Shown: piece by piece, positions 39,196 to 50,619 of the stretch | Position numbering within the stretch: the stretch's first letter is position 1 | How the letters are laid out: each line of letters opens with the position of its first letter | Origin: Pecten maximus | Lineage: Eukaryota | Assembly (NCBI RefSeq): GCF_902652985.1 | Contig: NC_047023.1 | Coordinates: 24,056,001-24,120,000 of the forward strand | Direction of reading: 5' to 3' | Length of the DNA stretch: 64,000 nucleotides | Position numbers and translations under genes: made by a program | Notes under the pieces: model-generated | Told to the model about the DNA's origin: nothing | Databases searched by the model: none | Seen by the model: only the letters and a program-made list of their open reading frames with translations

Positions 39196-39941
39196 TAATA
39201 TGGAGTAACATCATAACAAACCATTATATTATTGATATTGATCGCTTTGTTTTCTAAACGCTTATCACAAGGAAGGCGTTAAGAGGTTTTGTTTTATTAC
39301 AATTAGATTAAACAGAAATAGCATTACACTGAGTACAAAGATTCATAGATATATCACATCATCTATATATAGTGATAACATGTACATGTACAAATCAGCA
39401 AATTAATATACTGTTCCGCAATACTCCATCATCCGGATCAACTTAAATAAATCCATTTGATTGGTTAGTTCCTGTGTGGGATATGTATCCTGTATAACAG
39501 CTAATGTAGGTACGATATCGTATTTAAAATGTATCTATAGAAGCATGATGTAAAATATCCTGTACACTACATATAAATATATGTATATATTCTTATGCAT
39601 TTCTCTATAAGTCGTCTTAGTGTTTTGAACAACTACAACTGTCGGTTAATTAATCTTATGTTCAAACGAATGTCTTGAGGAAAATGCAAGTGTTTTGAAA
39701 ACGCTATGGAACAGTGTGTGTGTGTGTGGATGTATGTGCTGTGGATGTTGCTGACACTTTTCGTATACATATTAATATGTATGTATATATAAATGTATTA
39801 AAAACTCATCAGTTGTAAATATGATGCATGTTTTGCTATTTTAATAAAATTCAAAGGATTTGCTAGTGCTAAAAAGAAAAACCTGGTGATGATCTTCATT
39901 CCAAAGGAACATATTGGAAACTCACTAGTAAAAGTATTCTA

Positions 39942-40214
39942 CACACGCAACATTTTTTCATGTCAATTCAGGTCAATGACTTGTGAAAAGTTTGGGTCAA
40001 ATTGACCTGAAAAAAGAGAGCAAAATATTCACCTGAATTTGATATGAAAGTCACCTCAAATTGACCTGAAAAAAGAGAGCAAAATATTCACCTGAATTTG
40101 ATATGAAAGTCACCTCAAATTGACCTGAAAAAAATCTTATTGTGAAAGTGACTTCATTCTCAGGTCAATTTTATTTTTTTCAGGTCAAATTCACCTGAAT
40201 ATATTTTGCCTGTG
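39942..40214. mobile_element. MITE with CAC...GTG termini flanked by TA
   Basis: TA|CACACGCAACATTTTTTCA ... TGAATATATTTTGCCTGTG|TA imperfect TIRs; internal ~59-bp direct duplication and repeated TGACCTGAA motifs in both orientations. Confidence 0.75.
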
Positions 40215-40422
40215 TAAAGTAACATCGACTATCATAATGAAAAAAAAAAATTAGTTCGGTCAAAAACGCATGCAAAGTGCGCGTCAGATAATTAATACAC
40301 CCGTAATCAATTATGAGTTAATGGTGTTTAACACAATTTAATGTATCTTCACGTTGTAGAGTATGCTTCTTCTGACACAAAATACAATCAATATTAAATG
40401 TTATTCTACATACTCTGTTTGA

Positions 40423-40428
40423 GGGGGT

Positions 40429-40459
<31 letters not shown>

Positions 40460-40468
40460 GGTGGTGGT
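40423..40468. repeat. Poly-G (30 nt) plus (TGG)n
   Basis: Directly visible. Confidence 0.95.
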
Positions 40469-41504
40469 TCATATGGCATAGTATGTGTATATAACAGGAA
40501 GAGGATATTGCATAGTATGTGTATATATTATTCAGATGTTGGAATCACAACAGTTTTTATGTATAGCTATTATTTAAGTATTTGTTTATTTATTTATCGG
40601 TTTGTTTTAATTAAGAGTTGAAGACAAAACGCCTTCAAGATTAATCTGCTGTTGCCATTCTACTATATATTCCTGGTTGTTGATGAGTTTGGTGTACCGA
40701 TATCGTACGGTGTACACGACTTGTATTTTGTCTATAAGTACAATCACTGTGTTGTGTTTGCATGTCAAAACCGTTAGAGAATAATTATATCGTACTTTTA
40801 AATTCATGCAAAAAACAAAAACGAAAAAAATAACGTTGCTGTTTAAACTATCTTGCTATACTGCTATTATTTTATTTTGGAATATCAATTGATATCATTA
40901 AAATATACTGAGACTCTGCTACTCTCCGTAGGAGGCACCCTGTCTAATCGTGCGGGAGTTGAAATTCTATGTAAAGTTTTATATACATTCGTTTTGTCTA
41001 ACTGCTAAACGTATCTTTGGTGCAATATGTTCGGATTGAGAGTGTTAGCTGACAGCGTTATACATGAGTGATTTAGCTGTGACTGCGTGAAGGCGTGTAT
41101 ATGGTAACTGCTAAATAAAAAACTGAAAAAATAGTAATATTCGTTTTGATATTTTTGTCCTTTGTGAATTTAAACTCGTAGGATCTAGGATTTGTCCTTA
41201 CAGTAAAAATCCAATTTTCTGATAGAATAAATGCAGTAATGAATTATACCAGTCAGTGTTTACGCCTGTCGGGGCACTGTAAAACGGTGAACAACAACTT
41301 AGAGAACAAAAGTCTGAAATATCGCAAAAATAAACAAAGTAACAAATCATGTATAGTGGTTCGAGTACACGAAGAAATATAAAAAAAACAAAGAAAAATC
41401 GGCCGAAACTGTAAACGAAAGTGTATGTCCTTCTGCTAGTAAATCAGCAACACTACCAAACATTCTTCCACCGTAAACCTTCAATAAGCACCACAAGTCA
41501 CAAC

Positions 41505-42125
41505 ACGCTACATACCATCACCACCACAAACCATCACCACACACCACCACTACAAACCATCACCACACACCAACACCACAAACCATCACCACACACCAAC
41601 ACCACAAACCATCACCACACACCAACACCACAAACCACCACACATCACACACCAACACCACAAACCATCACCACACACCACCAATACAAACCATCACCAC
41701 ACACCAACACCACAAACCATCACCACACACCAAAACCACAAACCATCACCACACACCAACACCACAAACCATCACCACACACCAACACCACAAACTATCA
41801 CCACACACCAACACCACAAACCATCACCACACACCAACACCACAAACCATCACCACACACCAACAACACAAACCATCACCACACACCAACACCACAAACC
41901 ATCACTACACACCAACACCGTACACCATCACCGTACACCACCATCACACACCATCAATATTTTACCATCACCCCACGCCACCAACACCACAAACCATCAC
42001 CACAAACCATCACCACACACACCATCACACACCTTCAATATTTAACCATTACCACACGCCACCAACACCGCAAACCATCAACACACACCACCAACACAAA
42101 CCATCACCACGCAATACCACAACAC
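41505..42125. repeat. 26-bp C/A-rich minisatellite
   Basis: Unit ACCACAAACCATCACCACACACCAAC; produces the His/Thr/Pro-rich pseudo-ORF 41421-42158. Confidence 0.95.
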
Positions 42126-42199
42126 CTGGGTTTTCCTTTACACTGTCCAATAGGATAAACAAAAAACACAAAGCATGTAGTGTACCTCAACAGCGACAG

Positions 42200-42720
42200 A
42201 GGCATCGCATAACCAATCATCCCCGTGCTCCGGATCTCTCTTTGCAACTCAAAGACTGTTTTTCACTTTCGAAACCAGAACGAGTATCTAGATCTATCTA
42301 ACCCTTCGCAAAACTCGATCTTTTCCTTTATCCAACAGTCAGCTATCATAATCTGCCGATCATCATCAGGGTCACTAGTCAAAGGATCAGCAACATTTAC
42401 GTTAACAGAATCCCATCCTGCCATCGACAAGTCTGCTTTTTCCTATCAATATATTTCATGTTATCCTCAAGCAATTCAACCGAACACTCCGTTTCCTCGG
42501 ACGTTACAGCCCAGAGCAACTGCTGAAGCTACCATAAAACTCATGAACTAAAGTCCCATTGTTCTTCATTTCCTCACGGTTCAAAACTGTGACTGTCTCC
42601 TCCTTTAACTTTTGCATTTGTCTCGACAAATCTTGTGGGTTTTGTTTCCTAGAACCGACAGTCTGGAGTTCAAATAACCTTTGTTTCTGTCTTAACTCCT
42701 GTTTCAAATGTTATGAAATG
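42200..42720 (-). mobile_element. DIRS/Ngaro-type tyrosine-recombinase retrotransposon ORF1 (gag-like) relic
   Basis: Frameshifted minus-strand fragments LNRE/NEEQWDFSS and ADLSMAGWDSVNVNVADPLTSDPDDDRQI resemble the recalled motifs GNE.QF.FN and AD.S.AGW..V.EY..D.LASDS.DEK.I of this ORF family. Confidence 0.55.
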
Positions 42721-45014
42721 TCATTTAAAGGAACCCCTCCCGACTTCTACACCGAATCCCTAATACTATCTTATAATACTGGGCAACGCTATACAACATG
42801 TATGTTTTCACGCCGCTACCCATGTCGCCGGACATCGGGAGATTCCATATTTGCACCACTCGAGTGTGCCATCTATTGGCGTATACCTAACTGAGAGGAA
42901 ATAACTTCATCCTGTTTATTGGTCAAAGGGTGTAAACGATACTTACGACCACTATTTACTGTATGACAAATATGTGAGGTAAAATCGACGATAGACATGG
43001 CTGTAACCGATAACTAGAGAAGTATGTTTATGATTATTTCATGCAATCAAATATATCTTGAATTTGAAACCACGCCTGTATCACCAAAGTATGCATTGCG
43101 TTAAAGAAATATACAATGCATGTATAGGTGAGAATCCTGTATTGAAAACTCAAGCACAGAACCTTAAAATGGCTGATTACAGAAACAGTATGTGTTCAAC
43201 AAATCAAGGGAAACAACTCAATTGATATCGAGCAGCAAACCAGCCCACTCATACAGCACATAAACAACCCGATTAGCGCACTCTAATGGTAGCCCCTAAC
43301 AACATCACTTGATGGCGGGTAATACGAAGGTGTCTCATGTTTTATCGGCCTTTTAAAAAAAATGACTTGGACCGACTAACATCAAAACTCTTGGCATATA
43401 GTAAAAACACGGGGGAAAGCCGACCCTCACTCGGTAGTAATTTCAGTTTATGTTTTCAGATAGCTATTCAATATCGTCGTGTGGTAGTAAACACACATAT
43501 ATTGAAATATAGATCATTTTTCGAAATATCTGACCAGAAAGGCATACGTGTCAACATTCAAAGGCATGTAATTCGACTCATATTATAATTTAGTTTTGAG
43601 TTTCAAAACATTTTGCGGACATATGTGTATTGATATGTGACCTGTCGAGATCGCGCGTGACAAAGGATAATCCCTATGCTGAAAACAGTTTACTGTGAGA
43701 GTTTAATCACTTGATTCACATCACAAATATGGCCGCTAAATATTTCGAAACTCGGAGTACGGCGCTATCAGTCAAGACACAACGACAACACAGCGGAGGT
43801 CGCTGCGGAGACACCAAAACACAATGACGGATTCCGATATACGTATGTTACACTGCTAGACAAAGAGCCGGATGTAACTTCACGACACTTGCTGTAAAAT
43901 TGATCGGTTATACATTATGCAACGATATCGTGTGACTTCAGAGCGACTGAGGAGATGTCAACAGCAATATCTCGAAAAAAAATACAAAAAAAAGACAAGA
44001 CAAAACTGATACAATGATAACATAGCGATTATTTACAGTTCAGACACAGCTGCAATAACTGAATACAATGTATCACAGCAGAGACACAATTGACCCGATC
44101 GACAAGCGGTTCCAAGCTACCGGCGCTCTGAGACAGGCTTACTTTCAAGGTAGACACCGAAATCTCAGGTGGCAGTCAGGATGAATATGAGGATATTGAA
44201 GCCTCTGTGATAGAAAAAAAATCAGTTCATCTATTAGCACGACATATCTATACAAAACCGAGTCTAGGATAAGTACGGGCCATTCTAACAGTGCATTAGC
44301 ATAACGTACACGTAAATTAAAAAAAAAACAATGCTTTGCTCATACAGCTCAAATCCGATTCAGAATAAATATTGTTATTTTCAGTAAACAATCAAGACGC
44401 ACCGTGCCATATAAGTAAAACGGAGTTTTAAACAGATGATTAAGTCAGAAAACAAACTGAATGGACCGATATGACGGGCACTTTATTTTCAGTGTAGGAT
44501 TCTAATACTGAAACTTACATGACTTAAAGACAGATGGAATGCCAAAACAAAACTCTCCATTTGGGTAATCGGCGAAATGCCTTATGCGTTTGGGTAAAAT
44601 ATTAATCACGTGATTGTCTGTTTACTTACAAATATGGGGATTTTCCGACCTTACACGCGAAGTAGGCGGTTGAATTTTGGACATGAATAAATCGGAGAGA
44701 GAAAAAATCGTTTAATTACATATACAGCGAGTTGATTTACAAATTAACAAAAAGTGCATATCCAAGATAATCAAGAGGAAAATATGAACAAAAATCAATG
44801 GGGAACACAATTGCGCGAAAACATGCAGGAACTTATCGTTAAGCGATGATTTTTCTATCAATCGATATAAAACCGTAGATTTTATTAACATATGAATACT
44901 TTAATATAACATTGAAGGTAGATTCACATCAGTTAACTCTATATTACAAAGCCAGAGAGTTTACGCGTTACGTGGCGAAATACAACGGTTTATGAAACAT
45001 GTATTTGAGGAATC

Positions 45015-45235
45015 ACGTCTCCCTCTGATAATCCACAGCGTCCCTAGTCTACATCTCCCTCCGATAATCCACAGCGTCCCTAGTCTACATCTCCCTCCGA
45101 TAATCCACAGCGTCCCTAGTGTACATCTCCCTCCGATAATCCACAGCGTCCCTAGTCTACATCTCCCTCCGATAATCCACAGCGGCCCTAGTCTACATCT
45201 CCCTCCGATAATCCACAGCGGCCCTAGTCTACAAC
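45015..45235. repeat. 36-bp minisatellite, about 6 copies
   Basis: Unit CATCTCCCTCCGATAATCCACAGCGTCCCTAGTCTA. Confidence 0.95.
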
Positions 45236-45759
45236 AGATAAAACAGATTTATCAGGCAATACACTCTGTTGAAAGGAGATTTCATCAGATATATTTAACA
45301 CGGAAAACAAATTATATTGTGAGAATAATCTTTAATACAACACATATTTACCGTTTGAAGCCGTTGAAGTGGGAAATAACTTTATTTTAATGAGCTGCTA
45401 GCGAGCAAAAACCATCAACCTCGTAAACAGAAATGAATGTAAGCTTCTATATATCATTTAGTCCATTTTGCTACAAGAGGAAATTTTGCTATTTTCCCGC
45501 TGAATTCCATGTTATAATTAAAGTGTTCAGTTACTTACTCGGAACTGTCAATAACGACACCAATCCTCTGATTTGCAAGGCACTAACTCTAAACAAAACC
45601 ACTCATTGTAATGACACCTTCAGTTTGTATAAATTTAAAAACATGTTTCTGAAACCTTTAATTTGTCTAGATGTAAAACCTTCATCATATATCGACCTAC
45701 CAGGTATATCAAAACTTGATGACAGCTGTTATTATTGCTGCTTAATCGTCGTAGTCATC

Positions 45760-46640
45760 AGCCAGGTCCATCCATCGTCGAGGGTTCCAATTCCTAATCA
45801 AGGAACTATTCCGGGTGGTGGGTAGGCAGGTGTCTCTACTCTCCGACGGCTGGCTTCCAGCTACTTTTTCCTCGTGACATCCACAGCCATCGTGATGCCC
45901 GTTCTGCTTCCGTCCAAACCCCTGACTGCCGTCTTCCTTGTACCCATCTCTCAGTCTCCTGAATCTCAAAGAATATCCAGGTTTACATTCCTTCTTGTTC
46001 CAGATGGTCTCAAGAGTGAGCAAGTTGTCCTAACATCTGGTCATGCAAAGTATGCTAACACTAACTCGTATGCCGGGCCTTCCTAATTGGTGACATGTAG
46101 GATCATCAACCAGTCCCCATCTTTGAAGATTTGTTGGTGTTGAAAGCACATCACAAACAGCCCTGAGAATTATCTGTAACTGCCAGTGTATGTATCTCCA
46201 GATATCTGCCATGGTTATTTCCTCTTTTCCGTCCTACATTGTGTCCATGCCCCTTGACTAACCGTTTCCACTATTTACACCTTCCTTGCTTCATCTTCCT
46301 GTTGCATGATCTATCCTTGCATTTACTTCCTCATTTCTGCTTCATTAACATCTCCCGTCTAGGCGACTGCTTTTTTCCTATTCCTTATCATCCGATGCAT
46401 ATTGACCCATCAATGTCTTTGTGTCTGACTCTGCTCTCGGCCTCTACGACTGCCTTGCTGGCTGATCACTTACTTCCGGTCTTCACCTCCACTCCTGCCT
46501 GCCCGACTCTCTCGTCCCTGGAATCGTCCAACGTCATGTTCAGTCTTGCTTTTCCAGTTTTGAATACTTCCATCACCGATGTCAATGGGAGCTGCAGTTG
46601 TGACGTCCGAATAAACAGTCAAGTTTACAAAACGGAATGA
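45760..46640 (-). mobile_element. Hero-clade (RLE-type) non-LTR retrotransposon relic, post-RT and zinc-knuckle region
   Basis: Fragments QLPLTSVMEVFKTGKARLNMTLDDSRDERVGQAGVEVKTGSK*SASKAVVEAESRVRHKDI and IWRYIHWQLQIILRAVCDVLSTPTNLQRWGLVDDPTC match Hero ORF motifs as recalled; stops and frameshifts present. Confidence 0.8.
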
Positions 46641-47079
46641 ACACTCCGAGCCATCTTCTCAGATTTGTATGTTATAGATGTCATATGACACAACTAATAT
46701 GATATTAAAGAGTGTGACGTGTTGATGACTACACTGTCACCTTCATCAGACTAATGACCAATGTGAAGCGTACCAGCACTAATATATGTACAGTGTCCGA
46801 GATCGACTCTTTAGGATGTTTTGTCTCTATCACGATCCTATTGACACCAAGTTCGGAAATAATGTAACAAGATGGTAAAACTAAATGAGAATCAAAGAAG
46901 TGTTCAAAAAGGTATGATCTACTGTATTACGATTTTGTTTAACAAACTTGGTCATAAATGTGCGAACAAATGTTCCAGAATTCTCAGATGTTTGTTGATT
47001 TTACGTTTCGATTCCCCCTACAGTAATCGTGGTAATATTGTACTACATCAGAGCCCAGAATAGTCGTGGAAATAGAACA

Positions 47080-47245
47080 TGTTGTAATAAACCTGCATCT
47101 CCAGCTGTTTACTGTTGTGGTGTCATCCAAGCTGTCGTTACGCGGTCCTTGTTAGGGATTAGACGTTTGGATTTCGCTGGTTGAACTTCATTCTATCTAA
47201 GTCTACAGTATCCTCCAGTGCTGCCAGTATTCACCTGCCTTGAAA
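47080..47245 (-). mobile_element. Probable upstream RT-domain fragment of the same Hero relic
   Basis: QGR*ILAALEDTVDLDRMKFN resembles the Hero RT segment ..RW.L..LE....WARMKFKP. Confidence 0.55.
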
Positions 47246-47519
47246 AAGTGATGTTGCTGTGTCCTTCACATTCTCCTATTAGAGCTGCTTCTTCCTTAGA
47301 AGATTTACATGCATAAACTTTTTTCATGGGAAGTTATCGGATAAATACAGCTTCAAGTTTATCTCAATACTAATCGTATTGAGATTTCTATAGAGTCATG
47401 TATTGCACAAATGACATCAGACAAACAGTTAAGATAAACATGAGAGCAAACAGGAAATACGTGTACTTAAAAATGTGAATATGCTTTGATTGACTTTATA
47501 GTCAATAACGTGTATAAAG

Positions 47520-48484
47520 TACTAGCGGGGGGAAACGCTAGTGCATTTTCATTGATGATGTGTTCATGGTGTAGGTTTCTGGATTATTTTATCATTGCTG
47601 ACGACATTTTGATGATTTTTGTTGTCCTATCACTGACAGTGTTTGCGTGAATACCGTTAAAACAAGGGTACCCTTCACCGTTTCCTGATACATATCAGTA
47701 GCGTGTGTGTCCACCCTGGCATCAGTCACTGCTCTTACTCTCCTTAACATTGACCCAGTCAAGGAGTTTATTGCCCTTTGAGGGATAGTATTCCTCGCCT
47801 GAATAGGGGCCTGCGTGCGTTGCGGTACGTTGTATGGGACGTTGACACGCTTCCTATGTATGGTGGCAAATCAAGAACTGGAATGATTTGAGGCAGAAAG
47901 TCCTGCTGCAACGTAAGGTTAGAGGAAGAACGTGTGGTTTCCAGACCTGATCCCGATATCTTACTGCTGTAAGATTACCATGAATAAACAGATGAGGTGT
48001 TTTCACGCCTTGCGTTATCCCTGCCCATACAATAACAGACCTTCCCCGAAACTATTCCTTACGCGAGCGTCAGAATACCGCTCACCACCACACCGATAGA
48101 CACGTCGTCGTCCATCTGAGCTGTAAAGCGTAAAGCGAGACTCAACAGTGAACAAGACAGGTTTCCAATGGGTCAATCAAAAGTGGAGGACAAACAATGG
48201 GACGTCATGGCCTTAAATCAAACTCCCGCAATCGATTCCAACATGTTCTTGGACACCTTGGGCGACTATGAATGTCGACAACTTAACATGCCGTCTCCGT
48301 CGCCGCCTGAATTTCCCCGTGGCTCTGAGAGCCGAACTAACCGGAATATTGTTGTCCCACGTACACCATGTCGCTGAGCTACATGATGTTGCGAATGCCC
48401 CTACATTATTGAAACAATGGCCCTACCCCTATCGGCTTCACTCAGAAAAACCAAACTTGCGTTTCTTTTTTTCCGCTTTTATAT
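47520..48484 (-). mobile_element. Tc1/mariner DNA transposon relic
   Basis: Minus-strand fragments ESRFTLYSSDGRRRVYRCGGERYSDA and LTGSMLRRVRAVTDAR../GHTRY*; degenerate TIRs (GGAAACGC near 47531; GCGTTTCTTTTTTT near 48459). Confidence 0.85.
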
Positions 48485-49195
48485 ATTAGGATAATAAAAT
48501 TAAGTATCTACAGAATAAAGAAAAATAGCATACACTGTAAGTCACATTTTAGATATAGTATGCCTTATACCATGTTGTGAATACAGAGAGATGTGTTTAC
48601 ACGTTGAGATGTGCTTTCTCAAGGTTAGATGTACAGATGTTACCTTTGTGGATGACTTAACTCCACATGATTGCTACTGATATTGTGTTTTCCATGTAAT
48701 ATGTCCCAAGCCATCGCTTACTTCATCCGTAAAAATGACATGTCTTTAATTATCTAAGGAATCCTTAAATAGGATATCTTAAAAACGAAAGATTATGTAG
48801 GCCGTTTAGTACCGCCGACATATCTGGGTGTGTGATGGTTAGGAAATACAGATACATGAATTAACTTTGTGTCAAAAGCCACAGTGTAAGAGCGGTTTGT
48901 CGGAGCGAGTGCATACCAGGTACATATACATGTTTTGTAGTTCCCGAACAGTTTTCCAGTTTGACCCATAATAAACCATCAATTTAGGTAGCTATATAGG
49001 GAGGCCATCTTTGTACTTCAAACATCCAACTCCTACGATTTTTATCATCTAATTCATCTGAACTGCTCTTCAAACGTTTTTCTTAAATATAATGAAGTTA
49101 AAGAAAAAGAAAAAAGAAAACCATGTCAAGCTACAAATGTAATTTATATAGATACAGGAAGATCAGAAAGAATAGAGCCACAAGTGAAATATATT

Positions 49196-49238
49196 CCATC
49201 ATACAGCTGTGTCGTCCTTTTAGGACTCGTCAGTGAGG
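49196..49238 (-). ncRNA. Minimal type I hammerhead ribozyme motif (Penelope-LTR type) with one core substitution
   Basis: Minus strand CCTCA CTGACGA GTCC-TAAAA-GGAC GACA C-AGCT-G TA TGATGG: CUGANGA box, 4-bp stem II, GAAA box read as GACA, palindromic stem III loop, GUA cleavage triplet, short stem I. Confidence 0.7.
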
Positions 49239-49316
49239 CTAAGGGCCTGAAGTGTTTATACCTATATAATGACTAAGGAAACTTAATATGTCATATAATG
49301 TCATAAATCATGTGGG

Positions 49317-49422
49317 TTGGTGCTTTTTTCATAATTCAATAGATTATATAAATATTGTATAATTTTCAATTGGTGCTTTTTTCATAATTCAATAGATTAT
49401 ATAAATATTGTATAATTTTCAA
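49317..49422. repeat. Perfect 53-bp tandem duplication
   Basis: TTGGTGCTTTTTTCATAATTCAATAGATTATATAAATATTGTATAATTTTCAA twice (49317, 49370). Confidence 0.95.
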
Positions 49423-49859
49423 TCTTGAATTACATAAGCTTTATTTTCACGTGTACACTCCGAACCATGTCACGGATCAAATGAAATAAAATGTGAAATG
49501 CTTATTGCGAAAAGTCTTGGGAGCTAAATTCTACAAGCAGTGTTCACCTAAAAGATCAACGGATTGTGCAAAAGATACCCATTACATTGGCAACTGACAA
49601 TACAAATAATATCACAATAGTATTTTTGGTAGAGTGCGTTATGACAGAGTACAGGTAAGTGATGTTACTGGTTGTCGGTATTGTCACGGGTATACGTACA
49701 TAACGTAGTGCCCTATAATTGAGTTAAGGTGAGACGGGCGTCACATTTGTAATTGTTTACGACAAGAAGTAATAGCGAAATAATCAAATATCTGCCAAAA
49801 CTATTTCATTACCGACACCACAACGAATAGGGGTTAACTGACAAACCTAGAGAGAAAAC

Positions 49860-50243
49860 AGTATGTAGAATTAGAGAAAAGGACCAACAGTCTGTTATAA
49901 TACAGAGAGGGAGCTAACGGTATGTTATATTGCAGAGAAGAATCAACAGTCTGTACTATTACAGAGTGGAGCCTTTAGTCTGTAATATTACAGAGAGGAG
50001 CAAACAGTCTGAAATATAACAGAGAGGAGCAAACAGTCTGAAATATTACAGAGAGGAGCAAACAGTCTGAAATATTACAGAGAGGAGCAAACAGTCTGAA
50101 ATATTACAGAGAGGAGCAAACAGTCTGAAATATTACAGAGAGGAGCAAACAGTCTGAAATATAACAGAGAGCAGTAAACAGTCTGAAATATTACAGAGAG
50201 GAGCAAACAGTCTGAAATATTACAGAGAGGAGCAAACAGTCTG
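49860..50243. repeat. 29-bp satellite, left sub-array
   Basis: Unit TTACAGAGAGGAGCAAACAGTCTGAAATA, degenerating leftwards. Confidence 0.93.
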
Positions 50244-50619
50244 AAATATTACAGAGATGAGCAATCCTTGTTTTCAATTAGATACAACAAGCCCTTGTCG
50301 GATATTTGCTCGATCCTTTCTAACTTCAAATAAGAAGTCATCACTAGGCGCTTCTATGGATGACGATCAGAAAGACGCTTCATCGTAATCATTTGATGTT
50401 TTGGCGCGTGCGGATATTCCTCGCCAGTTAGCAATATACAATTACTGACTTGGGCTGAGGGTCGCGTCGGGCAAGTCAGGATCTTGGGTGCTAACACAAT
50501 CGCTGTTGACCTCAGCCCAAGTTATTATTATTTTGTTATATTAGACTTACTTCTACAAGTGGTATGTTGAGAACGCAACACTAAAACGAAAGCATTCAAG
50601 TTTTCATCATTATAATACT
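50244..50619. mobile_element. Non-repetitive insertion in the 29-bp satellite carrying an inverted repeat
   Basis: ACTTGGGCTGAGG (~50448) and CCTCAGCCCAAGT (~50510) are inverted; homologous satellite lies on both sides. Confidence 0.5.

Noticed and set aside
41421-42158. 245-aa His/Thr/Pro-rich ORF
   Set aside because: 26-bp C/A-rich unit (not a multiple of 3) lacks stops by composition.
43620-44200. CpG-richer, coding-looking stretch (possible LINE ORF1 remnant)
   Set aside because: No motif I could recognise and all frames are interrupted; needs a database search.
44992-45390. 132-aa ORF with PPIIHSVPSLHL repeats
   Set aside because: 36-bp minisatellite; flanking translation has no recognisable protein character.
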